DNA of 63,816 bases, counting the filler, from Dimorphilus gyrociliatus (lineage: Eukaryota > Animalia > Annelida), in the NCBI GenBank assembly GCA_904063045.1. It is 5 parts of 5 records of this genome, joined end to end, with 100 filler letters (N's around TTAATTAATTAA, not from the genome) between each part and the next. Parts side by side here need not be neighbours in the genome. Positions count along the whole stretch, not along the records: positions 16,681 to 31,217 come from CAJFCJ010000236.1; positions 31,318 to 40,956 come from CAJFCJ010000285.1; 3 more parts are not named here. One strand, written 5' to 3'. Position 1 is the stretch's first letter; each line of letters opens with the position of its first letter. Below the pieces are notes generated by a model. That model worked only from the letters and a program-made list of their open reading frames with translations. It had not been told where the DNA came from and made no database searches. Shown in pieces: positions 24,929 to 36,379 of the stretch. Made by a program: the position numbers and the translations under genes.

Positions 24929-25897
24929 TATATAAATTAGTTAAATCAGTATTCATCTCATCATTTGAGTGGTTTATCAAATTTTATCAATTTCAGACAA
25001 ATATAAATTAGTGTATACAACTTATATTCATTCAAGGGCTCTTGAACACTATCATTTTAATACAAGATAAACTGGTTATTTGAATGCTCATAAAAATATC
25101 CCGCCTGTTGGTTAGGGTTAAAATCACAAATAACCTGCGGCCATTTTTTTAACTAATACCTCCGAAACTGTCATCAATTTATAGAACTTCCGGTTGGAAG
25201 CTATCCTTTCATTCCTGATTGACTATTGTTCACTTGATAAATATTAATTCTTAAGATTTTTTCAAGCAACTATGTTGAGCAATAAATGTAAAAAATTTTT
25301 TATTAAGATAAAGATGAATTCAGAACGAATCTACGTCAACAGTGAAGAAGTATCACAAAAACTGATATTAAGATTAGGGGAAGTTGACAATAGACCATTT
25401 ATGCACAGAAACTTAATATTATATTTGGGAAAAGGGGATGTGGTAGAAAACGGCCATAAATCTATGGTTTTACCGGCAATGTTTAAGTTATTGTTTCTCC
25501 TTCTTTCTATTCAGTTTAGAAAAATATTACTTAACTGTTTGATATCTTATCAAGGTTATAATCATCAGTTGTGAGATAAAATGGATTGATAAGATTTATT
25601 AAGTTTAATGAACTTTATTACTTTTTGCTTGAAAACCCTAGTCTAAAGCTGGTTTTTGATTATATATATACTATAACCCTGACCTTTAAATGTTACCAAT
25701 TTGCTGATAGAGAGTAAGCAACTTTTTTCAAACAGTGCGTAGGCTTTGTTTTTCTTTTTCTGTTTATCGTATCTAACATTGATAGGACATTAGCAAAATA
25801 AATAGAATTAGACGGGTTTCCCAACATCTAAACCTTTTAAAAGTGACATAAAATGTTCACCAGTGTTAGTTGAGATATAAAAAGTTTTGTTTCTCAT

Positions 25898-28800
25898 ATG
25901 GCAAAGTTTCAAATTGTTCTCCTTCTATGTATTAGCTCTTTAATATCTGGAACTTTTGGTTTTTGTGATTTAACGGACACGAATCCTATAAGAAATATTA
26001 ATAGAGTTCAGCTGAAAAATAATGGTTACGAAGGTTTATTAGTCGCAATTGATCCAAGGCTGAGTGAAGATTCAAGAATTATTGATCGAATTAAGGTAAT
26101 AAACCAACTACTCAATTTTATAACATTATATTATTCAAGCGTGTTTTGTTTCCATTGAAATCTACTCTCTAGGAATATTTCGAAGAAGCTTCCCAAGCTC
26201 TATTCTATGCTACAAACGAGAGAGCGTTTTTTAAGGATATTACCATCCTGTTACCGCAAACTTGGAGGTCAATTAGCGCTAATCAAGCAAAATCAGAAAC
26301 TTTGGAAAGGGGACACGTACTAATTGGCCAATCGACTAGGGAATGGGGAGATAATCCTTATACTTTTATGAAGGTTATTCAAGCGTTCACTTAAAATTCT
26401 GTTGTTTTGAACTATTCTTCTACTTTATTAGGGAGGAGCTTGCGGAACGCCTGGCGAGTATATATACCTTACGGATAATTATTTGAAAGATAAGGCTTCG
26501 GCTGAAAGGTTATTCGGACCAATTGGTACGTTCTATCTTAAATAATCCCTTGAACGTTCAATTTTTCAAAAATGAAAATGTGCAGGAAAGACTTTGGTAC
26601 ACGAATGGGGTCATTTACGTTGGGGTCTCTACGACGAATATAACTGGCAATATAATGTACCAAATTGCTATATCACACCAGGCGGTGCTGTTAAGGAAGT
26701 CAAATGCGCAAAAGGTCTAACAGGTCAAATTGTTTATCACCAAAAAACTTGTAGATTTATTCCAAATGAGAATCAACAAAGCCAAGCGTCTATAATGTAT
26801 ATGCACCATTTGAGATCTATAACAAAGTTCTGCCAGGAAACTGGATCTTCTGGAATCGAGCATGACAGAGACGCCCAAAATCCTCACAATCGCATGTGCA
26901 ATGGAAAAAGTTCTTGGGAAGTGATGAACGATCATCAAGATTTTAAAAACGGAAATAATCCACCAGCTAATTCGGGTGTATTCCGACCTCCTAGATTCAA
27001 TATTGTGAGAGCTGGATCTTTGAGAGTTGCGATGGTTTACGACGTTTCTACAAGCATGGTTAGTTTGAATTGGTGCATAAATTCATAATCATTTCCTCTT
27101 TTCAGCACCAGGAACGGTTAGCCAGTCTACAGAGAGCGGCGAAAAGATTCTTTCTAAGCAAAATGGCATTTGGAGCCTTTGTTGGTAGTGCTGAATTCTC
27201 TACCACAAGTATAATTACTCACGATATGATTAGAGTGATAACTGACGAACATAGACAATCTCTTATTAATGCGATACCCACATCTACTGTCTCATTTACC
27301 TGTATTGGATGCGGCTTATTGGACGGTCTAGAGGTATACAGTAATAATCATAAAGAAACCTCGCTTTCAATGCATCTCATCCATTAGTTATTGAGACAAG
27401 AAACTGAAGATGGCACTAATGGAGGAGTGATAATTATCATTACTGACGGAGATGAAAATCAACGACCACTCATAGCGGACGTAGCTCAGAGGGTTTTAGA
27501 ATCGGGAGCGAGAATATTTCCTCTCGTTATGTTACGAGACTTTAGTCCCGATCTTAGTAGACTCTCTCTCTGCTCTGGTGGAAGGCCTTTCGGATATTCC
27601 GATCAGGGAGAAGCTAGCGATATGTACGATGCCGTTCAACAGATAATGCAATTGGTTGCAGTCGAAAATTCAATAGTTCCAATTATGGTATTTAACATCT
27701 TTTCTATTACTAAACAATCATCGTTGTTATCATCAATCAAATCTACCAATTCAATAGCTCAAGAGTCGAATTTTCACTGTGGAGGGCAATGAAGAAATCA
27801 ACTTTAAGGTCAAGGTCGATTCATCTGCTGCTAAAGACTTTCAAATTGTATTCACAAGTAATGGTTGTTCTAATACGAAAGTTGTCATTAAACTTCCTTC
27901 CGGTGACATTGTTGGTGAATCGCTCCTTGAAGAAGATGAAACAAAATTTAATTTTGAAAATAAGGCGGTAAATAATTAAAAATTTCTAAAATTCCTGAAT
28001 TATACTTTCTATTTTTAAGGCGGGAATATGGAGTTTTGAATTGAAAAATTCAAACCCTTATCCGATTTGTAAGACTAAAATGACAATGGAAATGTTTTCT
28101 ATCAAGAATAATCCAAATATAATAACACTTTCAACAAGTTTAAGTACAGATTCAGCAGACTTCGCTTCCAGTTAGTTAATCCTATCTTTATCAATTTAAA
28201 TATTACGTAACCTTGTCAAAAATTTCGAAAAGGTTCTCCACCTATATTGAGCTTTCATGGTACTGTTAGACGGGATAGTACTCCAATAATTGGTGCTGAA
28301 GTCGTAGCGGTCATAGAGACGGCTGGAGGTGACGTTCTTCGCCAGGAGCTATTAGATAACGGAGCCGGTTCAGATTTGCAAAAGGATGATGGAGTGTATT
28401 CAAGTTATTTCGTCAATTTTAAAGGCGATGGAATGTATAGCATTAAAATTGAAGTTCAGAGCGAAAAGGATAAAACCAAGGCTGTTTTCAAAACGAGGGC
28501 CTACGGATCTGGAGCTCCTCCAGTCAAACCTGAACAGAGTAAGATTGAGCTCGACTTTAATGCAATTACAAAATTCTTTCATTCATTCATTCTAGTAACG
28601 GAAACAATCGATACTGAAAATGTTGAAGAATTTGAAAGGAATACAATTGCTGGTACAGTTCATGTGGAAAATTTGGGTAATCAACCCGCTCCAGTGCTGT
28701 ATCCTCCAGGAAGAGTTACCGACCTAGGTGTTGAAGATGTTAAAGAACAATGGATTGTCGATTTGTCATGGACCTCTGTTGGTGCTCATTTAGATACTGG

Positions 28801-29294
28801 AAAAGGTATGATTCCTGTTTATATGAAAATTAATCCTATATTGTTCATCTATTTCATTCAAAATAGCTGAAAAGTATGAAATGTACTACGGAAAAACTGT
28901 TAGTGACATACGAAAAGATTGTACAAGTAGTTGCAAAGTACTGACACCAGATATGATACTTTCTGGAAATCTTGGCGATCCACAAGGACCCGGTAAAAAG
29001 GAACAATTTAAAATTGATTTCAGCAGTTTAAATTTAAAAGCCAATGACTCTCTCTATGTTGGTTTGAGAGTGAAGAATAATTTAGATATTAAAGGAGACA
29101 TTTCAAATATCATTGATTGTCCTTACATCGTTGAAAGTAATCCGCCTTTTGATGGTGAAACCTCTAAAAAACTAAGCGGTAAAGTCATAGCCGGCATTGT
29201 AATTGGTGCCGTTGCATTTGTTTGCTTGACTACAGCAATAGTTGTAGTTGTTATAAAGAAGAAGAAATCTAAAGTGGCTGCAGAGAAAGCTTGA
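25898..29294 (+). CDS. CLCA: Calcium-activated chloride channel regulator (CLCA)-like protein, multi-exon
   Basis: Signal peptide; NNGYEGLLVAIDP; DNPYT; zinc motif HEWGHLRWGLYDEY; C-x-F-x-P; VWA MIDAS DVSTS; LLDNGAGSDLQKDDGVYSSYF; YPPGRVTDL (FN3); C-terminal TM followed by KKKK. Confidence 0.93.
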
Positions 29295-29699
29295 ACAAAT
29301 CGTTCAAATATTTGAACACTTATCTATTATCATAATTTTCTCAATAATTTCAAATATTTTAGATAAAAAATAAAATCAAACGTTATCTTTCGATAATTTT
29401 TGATAATATACTGGTTATCAGTACGATTGATTTTTGCAGTATATATAAACTATAATTGCGTTGGTGTTTTTCTTCTATATTTACTTTTAATCTTCCTATA
29501 ATCGATTTGAGATACTCTCAAGTCTTTCAGTATCTGATTGAGACTTTGCTCATCAGAACTTGATAGCAGAAAGTGAATATCTGCGCCATTCCTTCTCAAT
29601 CTATAGTTTAGGCATACCAAACTTCCTATAACTCATATGATATACAGTTACAGATGAATGTTTTTTTTTGTGGAGCTTTAATCAAGAGAGGGAAAACCT

Positions 29700-30220
29700 C
29701 CGAACTAAAAATTCAATGCTAGGGATGTGGAGTAATGTTGCGAGGAGGCTAACTTCCTAATGATACTCTTTGCATTCCAGGAATATCAAAGCAGCATGAA
29801 GATACGATACTTAAATTTGTTGAAAAAAATGAAGCACCTTCATAAAAATAAAATACTTGGTGGATAATCAACCTTGCCAAAAAACAAAAGATTGTCAAGA
29901 AGTATTTTGAAAACAAAGATATAAACATTTTTCCTTGGCCATTCTATTCTCCTGACCTTTCATCTATCAAAATAATTTGGCATATGCTGACAGATGCTTC
30001 TTATGATATAGTACAGTTGGGGTCGGGTGCGAACATACCCAGGTATACGTACCCACCTGGGGTACGTTCGCACCCTTATTCTGTAATGAGTCTAGTAGCA
30101 AGGAAGAATTGTGGGAGAGAAATGAAAGACTTGTTGAAAAGTTCAATGAAAAGCGAAAGGGAAAGATGAAAAAGCGACATCAGTCTCTGGCTGACGGAGC
30201 AATCATAATAAATTATTCAG
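29700..30220 (+). pseudogene. Heavily decayed Tc1 transposase relic
   Basis: FPWPFYSPDLSSIKIIWHML (WP..SPDL.PIEN.W homolog) and ESSSKEELWE, interrupted by a mini hairpin element. Confidence 0.65.
30014..30083. mobile_element. 70-bp hairpin mini-MITE with TA target duplication
   Basis: TA|CAG...CTG|TA. Arms GGGTGCGAACATACCCAGGT / ACCTGGGGTACGTTCGCACCC. Splits the Tc1 relic. Confidence 0.65.
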
Positions 30221-30227
30221 GTAAATA

Positions 30228-30353
30228 AAAAGTAGAAAATATTTACGCAAAACAAATTATGCACAGCAAGTAAAACATTGTGTCTCTATAAGACGTCGCT
30301 GTTGTACGATTTTTGTTCTATACATACGGATGTGCTTTGTTAGCAATCCGTCT
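30228..30353 (+). repeat. Dispersed repeat ending in an ACGGAT...ATCCGT hairpin (Helitron/Helentron-like family)
   Basis: Aligns with 49090-49164. AAAAGTAGAAA links it to fragments at ~49753-49800, ~50337-50360 and ~51990-52055 (minus). Confidence 0.5.
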
Positions 30354-31217
30354 TTAATCTTTTTTTGGTTGTTTTGTTTCGAGTGAATGGGTTCATAAGA
30401 GTTCCCGTTCGTGCCTTTATAGATGACCATCAAGCACTGCTCAACGCCAGCCTAACAGTCACCAAACAAGCTTGACCCACTTACAAACAACATACACATA
30501 TATTTCAAGGGGTGAATTCTCAAACACAAAACCTGCGATTGCGGTTCGCGACCGAGAATTGCGATACAATGAACCCGAATCGCAGATGACATTCACATTC
30601 AAACATTCACATTGTCATAACCACTACCGCCACAATACAAAATGTCATACACATAGGTCATATACATAGGTCTATGATTAAAAGTTTGTTTTCTTTTCCC
30701 AACGTTAACAGAAGGGACCATGTTTTTTAATTTAACGATAAAGATCTTTGTTTAAATTACACTTTTTCATTCTAACTCTTTATAAAGTGTTTGCAGAAGA
30801 CTTGAGCACTTCGCAAATCACTTGAAATCCAATCGCCATTTTATTGGTTGTATTTTGTGGAGATCTAAACAATCATAATACAGTGATGCATTTATTATAC
30901 TAAGTGTAGTTAGAATAAATTTTCAAACGCGAATATGACAGTGTAGGTTTAGTGGGGACCTATCAGATTTATTGTAATTGCACAATGTAGGCCTGTTCCA
31001 TTCCCTAACTGTATTGGAAGTCAGTGGTTATTTTGCTGTTCAAATATCAACGTAGGATTCTCTGCCTTTTTGAGTGGATTAGTCACACTGTATCTTATTA
31101 TTTTCAATTATTTTATACAGGTAATTCAATTTTATTAGATTGAATATGGGTGTTGCTGCCGATACGATTTCTAATGACAGCTCCTTCAGTACTATTTAAG
31201 TATTTATATTCAATGAA

Positions 31218-31317
31218 NNNNNNNNNNNNNNNNNNNNNNNNNNNNNNNNNNNNNNNNNNNNTTAATTAATTAANNNNNNNNNNNNNNNNNNNNNNNNNNN
31301 NNNNNNNNNNNNNNNNN
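31218..31317. other. Artificial contig spacer
   Basis: Same 44N-TTAATTAATTAA-44N structure. Confidence 0.98.
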
Positions 31318-32019
31318 AAGCAGAGACAATTCACATTGAAAACTTCAAACTACCTATACACTCCCAATCAACAAACAATTTCCATCTGCCATCCAAATTG
31401 AAGATTACAATTACTACTCTTCTATGTAAGTACAATGCTTTGGTGTCTTGTTGTGCTGAATATTTTGTGTTTAGGTCACAAACAATAACTCCACATTATT
31501 GTGTTAGGGTTAGGGTTATTGCTTGGCAGGGTTACTTTTATGCAGCCAACATATTTTTTTTCCCTTAGGCAAAACCAAAAACCAATAATGGATTTAGACT
31601 TTTTTGCTATATGGTCACCAACTGTAAATTTGATTGACCTCTTTGGTGAATTTATTCATCTAAGCCCAACTGAGGTAGGATTAACGATTTACAACAATTT
31701 AAATCATTCATATCCCTCACTATCACACCATTTATTCTCAAAATTGAAAATAGTACAATGATAAGGAGCAAATTTTGAATATCTAAAGGATAATTATAAT
31801 ATCTTTCTATTACCTCATCAAAATCAGTTAATATTATCAAATTCAAATCAACTTGTATCAACTTTAATTGTTATAAAAACTTTATTAGCTAACAAATATA
31901 TAAAGTCAGAATAGCAGCTTATGGTATGAAATCAACTCATATTCCTTCGATTTTATATACAATTACCAATAAACCTTCCCAGTCATGACAATATATTTGA
32001 TTTTGCATTTAATATTAAA

Positions 32020-33789
32020 ATGGATTATGGTGGTGGTGGTGATGATGATGATGATGATGAAACAACCAAGTTACATTTATTTAAAATACCAAAAAGCCAT
32101 GGTATAACTTTTCCTATTCTTTATGGAATTGGTGGAGGTTTTGGAGGTATATTAATTAAATATTTACCTCCTAATCCTTCAGTCTATAATAATAATATTG
32201 CAATTAAATTATACCAAAGTGGCCTTATACATATCATTGAAGCTGTTAATAAAATGGGTTATGAAGCTGAACCAAGAACAAATAAGGCTATTCATCTAAG
32301 ATATTGTATGTTCAGAAAATTAATTGACATTTTAAAGAGAAATCAAAAATTCTTACACAAATTACGTTTGGAGACAAGAATTAGAAACATCAACATGGAA
32401 GAAGGAATTAAAGTTGCCAATAAGATATTAGGTGGTGGAAATGTTTATAAATTATTTCAATTAAATAATTTAAACATCCAAGAATGTACAAGACATATTG
32501 ATTTGGCTGATTATTTCTATAATATATATCACATATTAAAATTAGCTGAAGCCTATAAATTTGGTAAGGGTAAAAGCCAAAAGCCACCAAGAGAGGAACA
32601 CTTACATTTATTAATTAAAATCTATAGCTCACTTGGAATATTTTCCAATTATTGGAAGAAATGGAAATGTCCATATATTAACATCAGCTTTACTGGAAAT
32701 ATCACTTGCGATAATAATTTACACAATGAAATTGAAAGTTTGTCTATAACTGACAACAATACAACTCAGCCTAATAAACCATTACCAATAATTCAAATTT
32801 GCAAAGAAAATCCAAATGATTGCAAGTCAGACCATTTGATATTTTTCAATAGTCAAGATTTCTCAATAACAGAGAGGGTAATTGAAAAAAAAAAACCAGT
32901 AAATAAATCCAGGATTCTTCAACAGATGGATAATTGTTTACAAATTGTACAACATACAAAAAACAAAAACAAGTTTACTGTTCAAATTAGAGGAGGTGGA
33001 TTCTATAAAACATTTTCATGTAGAAAAAAATTACTTCAAGATATTTACAAAAAGTTTGGTGAAAAATATCCTAATAAGTTTGTTACCAAAAGGAAACAAT
33101 TCAACAGAACACTATGTATAAACCTTACTGAAGCAGATAAACAATTCAACATTCCCAATCAAATCATAACAAGAAGAATGAAAATGAGAAACAAAATTAA
33201 TATCGATAAAGATATTTTAGGGAAAAAATCCTTTCTTCAACCTACAATCAAACTTCATTCCATTAATTGTGTTATAGAGTTTACAAAACTTAAATTAAAT
33301 TATAGATTGAAAATGACTAAAAACCATATACAAAAAGATTTTCAATCTATAATACAAAGTACACAGTGTCATGTTCAACTTAAAAAATTAGGGTGTAAAT
33401 ACCAGCAGAAAGTTATATTATTCAACTTACAAAAGCTAATACACAATGATAATGATGATGATGATGATGTATTTGATGATGACAACAATCAACTAACAAA
33501 TCACAATAAATCAGGGTTAGCAGCAGGAGTTACAATTACAAAGCAACAGGCATTCAAAATTATAAATTTCAAATGTCTGTTATCAGCACCAGCTACCAAC
33601 ACTGTACACATACATTCGTCAGCTATATTCTACAATAGAGAAGTAGTATTGAACCAGTATTGTACTATGCAGATAGCACTGATAAAGATAAGCAGTAGTG
33701 ACCTAGTTTCGCATAGGGCAGTGCATACACATTATGCAGTAATAAAACCTATTGAATTATATAAAGAATATTTGCTATTTGCAACCTAG
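32020..33789 (+). CDS. Intronless 589-aa hypothetical protein (ORFan)
   Basis: 1770-bp uninterrupted ORF in AT-rich DNA, very unlikely by chance. Lys/Ile-rich with two poly-Asp tracts. No family recognised. Confidence 0.7.
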   Translation: MDYGGGGDDDDDDETTKLHLFKIPKSHGITFPILYGIGGGFGGILIKYLPPNPSVYNNNIAIKLYQSGLIHIIEAVNKMGYEAEPRTNKAIHLRYCMFRKLIDILKRNQKFLHKLRLETRIRNINMEEGIKVANKILGGGNVYKLFQLNNLNIQECTRHIDLADYFYNIYHILKLAEAYKFGKGKSQKPPREEHLHLLIKIYSSLGIFSNYWKKWKCPYINISFTGNITCDNNLHNEIESLSITDNNTTQPNKPLPIIQICKENPNDCKSDHLIFFNSQDFSITERVIEKKKPVNKSRILQQMDNCLQIVQHTKNKNKFTVQIRGGGFYKTFSCRKKLLQDIYKKFGEKYPNKFVTKRKQFNRTLCINLTEADKQFNIPNQIITRRMKMRNKINIDKDILGKKSFLQPTIKLHSINCVIEFTKLKLNYRLKMTKNHIQKDFQSIIQSTQCHVQLKKLGCKYQQKVILFNLQKLIHNDNDDDDDVFDDDNNQLTNHNKSGLAAGVTITKQQAFKIINFKCLLSAPATNTVHIHSSAIFYNREVVLNQYCTMQIALIKISSSDLVSHRAVHTHYAVIKPIELYKEYLLFAT

Positions 33790-34082
33790 CATTAATATTA
33801 CAATTTATTAATCCATAAATTTATGATTTCGAACTAAAACTAGTTCAATTAATTATCAATTATGCTTAAATTCTAAGGTTAGATTATATTCACTATTCAA
33901 CAGTATTGTATACACAATACTGTTCTTTTTAACATGCATTAATCAGATATACTTCCTCCTTATATGCTGATGCTAAATTTACTAACTCAATCAATTGAAT
34001 ATCATTATTAAGGTAGAATATAAAAACGGTCAAATATACAATCTACATGTTTTCTTGATTGTTGGACTTGTCCTACTAAAAT

Positions 34083-34541
34083 TGTTACATCTTATGCAAC
34101 TCTCCAACCTTCGAAATTCAACTATTATTTAGAAGAGGAAAACAATAAAAACATGACCATATTTAGAACTTTTCTTTGTCTTCAAATGTTACTTTTGTTT
34201 TTGTGAACATTGAAATTTGTGAACTATCAACCCTTAAAAGAGTATATAAACCCTACGAAATTAACAGTTGATAGTTCAGTTTTCTAACCGTCAGCTAGTT
34301 GTTTAAACTAGCTTGTTTAGAACTAGAAGCTCATTTTACTCAATACATATTCTTTGGACGAAATACTGGTGTTTTGTTAATCAATTTCTACCGAAATTGC
34401 CTTTGTTAGACTATTTGTGGACGAACTTTAAAGGTTCTATTTGGACCAGTACTTTGGCAAGTTGGTAAATGATTGGAAAGGACGATTACAGTTGTGACGA
34501 ACCAGAAATTCCTACAATTACAATACAACAAAGTACAAATA
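34083..34541 (+). repeat. 5' LTR (~460 bp)
   Basis: Starts TGTTAC, contains TATATAAA at ~34243, and homology to the solo copy ends at AAGTACA(A), just before the PBS. Confidence 0.8.
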
Positions 34542-36379
34542 TGGCGCAGTCGACAGCCCACAATGCTACTTCAATGAATGTTATTTTGGTTTATGAGAAT
34601 GACAAAGCCAGAGCCAAGGAAGTAGATGAGTATCTTTCAAAAATTAATGAATTAATGTTGAGAATTAAAAGTAGTGGAGCCAAAGTTGATGGTAATAGCT
34701 TTTTAAAGTACCATTTGATGACTGGGGCAGCTACAATTCCTGAAGGTATGGTTAATCCTGATCCTACTCAACCAAAATTCAGTTATGATGGCATTCAAGA
34801 TAATGCTTTGGAAAAGACAATTGCAAGTCTTCTAATTGATGCTAATGAGAAACCTAATACTACTTTGCTGAGACCCTATTCTGGTAGCAAAGATACTTGG
34901 GCCTTTAAGAGGAACTTTCAAACAGCTTGTGAATTAAACCTTTGGGATACAGAAGAGAAAAGAGTTCGAATGCTGAGAAAATACACTACTGGAAGAGCCA
35001 GAGATGTTATTGAAAGTTTACCCTCCATGGCAAATGAAAATGAAATTTGGGATGCATTGGATGAAGAATTTAATCCAGATCCTATGGCTTACAAAAAAGA
35101 AATTGATAGATTGAGACAGTTCAATGATGAAACTGTCCAAAGTTTTGTTAGAAGAAGTAAAGAACTTGTGGAAAAATTCCTACCATTCAATACTACTGAA
35201 ATGGCTTGTGTTACTGAAAGAGTTAGAGAACTTCAACTGTTAACTGTATTCAGGAATGGTCTTAAAGGAAAAATTGTTAATCATGTGGAAAAAGATGGAA
35301 AGATTAACTCAGTTAATCAGTATATTAAATTGGCAAAAAGAGCAGAAATATTTTTTGATAATGCAAGAAAAGAAAGCGAAAATGAATTCAAACAGTACAA
35401 AAGGAGATTTGACAACAATCAGAGTAACTCAAATCAAAATGAACATACATTTAAACCTTTTTCTCAAAATAGATTTCAACAACAAAGAAATGGAAATGCA
35501 GGAAATAATGAAAAAGGCAGCTTTAACAGACTAATACATGTTGGACCTGATGAACCTAATGAAACTGAAATTTCTAAAGGAAGAATGGCAATATTTAATC
35601 TGAAAGAAGAGAAAATCGCACATTTTAAGTGTACTTCTTTGGTAAAAGGCAGAAAAGATTTCCAATTTCGAATGAAAAATCATAATGGAAGAGAGGTTAT
35701 TGCTTTATGTGATTCAGGAGCACTTTTGTCATTTATTACAGAAAAAGAAATCAGGTTAATGGATTCTAAATTCATCAAGAAAGAAACTACTGGCTTACCA
35801 ATCATCACTTCAGCAGAGGGAAATGCTTTAAAGACAAAAGGAAAAACAAAACTGAATATTCAATTTAATGGAAGAATTATGGAACAAGAATTCTTTATTA
35901 TGGAAAAACTAGATATGGCTATAATACTTGGTTGTGATTTCTTAGAAAATGCTGGAGCTCTTATTGATTTTGCAACAAAACAAGTTTCTCTTCCATTCTT
36001 TATCAGAAAAGGACAACCAGTTAGAAAGTTTTTGCAATATAACGAAAATCACCAAACAAAATTTGGAAAACAAGGCAGTGTAAAAAAAGTAACTGTTGGA
36101 ATGATGGGACAGTATTTTGAAGATTCTGACACTCCATCTGAAGTTTTTGATACTCCATCTGAAGTTTCAGATAGTGTGGACTCAGAAATGGAAGTTACTG
36201 ATCCAGATACTGGCTATGATACAAGCAACACTCATGGTTCAAGCATAGTTTATGAGGGATTCAATGGTTTTGATTCAAATAGCAATTATGGCACAGTGAA
36301 AGTTCCAGTACTTCTGAAAATTATGATACAGAAACAAGTATTGAATCAGATCACAGCCCAGACTCAGATTTGGATATAA
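34469..36379 (+). CDS. gag: Gag (capsid-like; no CCHC knuckle seen) plus aspartic protease
   Basis: PYSG..W..F..AC..N.W, LRQFNDETVQSF (retrotransposon gag); ALCDSGA and IILGCDFL (protease). The likely start is the ATG at 34541 or the next Met. Confidence 0.9.
   Translation: MIGKDDYSCDEPEIPTITIQQSTNMAQSTAHNATSMNVILVYENDKARAKEVDEYLSKINELMLRIKSSGAKVDGNSFLKYHLMTGAATIPEGMVNPDPTQPKFSYDGIQDNALEKTIASLLIDANEKPNTTLLRPYSGSKDTWAFKRNFQTACELNLWDTEEKRVRMLRKYTTGRARDVIESLPSMANENEIWDALDEEFNPDPMAYKKEIDRLRQFNDETVQSFVRRSKELVEKFLPFNTTEMACVTERVRELQLLTVFRNGLKGKIVNHVEKDGKINSVNQYIKLAKRAEIFFDNARKESENEFKQYKRRFDNNQSNSNQNEHTFKPFSQNRFQQQRNGNAGNNEKGSFNRLIHVGPDEPNETEISKGRMAIFNLKEEKIAHFKCTSLVKGRKDFQFRMKNHNGREVIALCDSGALLSFITEKEIRLMDSKFIKKETTGLPIITSAEGNALKTKGKTKLNIQFNGRIMEQEFFIMEKLDMAIILGCDFLENAGALIDFATKQVSLPFFIRKGQPVRKFLQYNENHQTKFGKQGSVKKVTVGMMGQYFEDSDTPSEVFDTPSEVSDSVDSEMEVTDPDTGYDTSNTHGSSIVYEGFNGFDSNSNYGTVKVPVLLKIMIQKQVLNQITAQTQIWI
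34542..34553 (+). promoter_or_regulatory. Primer-binding site TGGCGCAGTCGA (tRNA-Ser type)
   Basis: TGG immediately after the LTR. Resembles the tRNA-Ser PBS TGGCGCAGTCG of Drosophila 17.6/297-type gypsy elements. Confidence 0.65.

Noticed and set aside
31320-31761. Second viral-like ORF upstream of the ORFan (83 open codons plus 31501-31761)
   Set aside because: Contains convincing intron-like segments (GTAAGT...TTTAG, GTTAGG...CCCTTAG), so it is equally likely a spliced host fragment. No recognisable product.
34040-34082. Contig C as a circularly permuted element, with the ORFan as its 3' gene
   Set aside because: No polypurine tract precedes the LTR start at 34083.
36283-36379. Programmed -1 ribosomal frameshift between protease and RT
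   Set aside because: No XXXYYYZ slippery heptamer in the overlap, the position is atypical for Gypsy, and similar shifts recur inside pol and env. Not fully excluded without read data.
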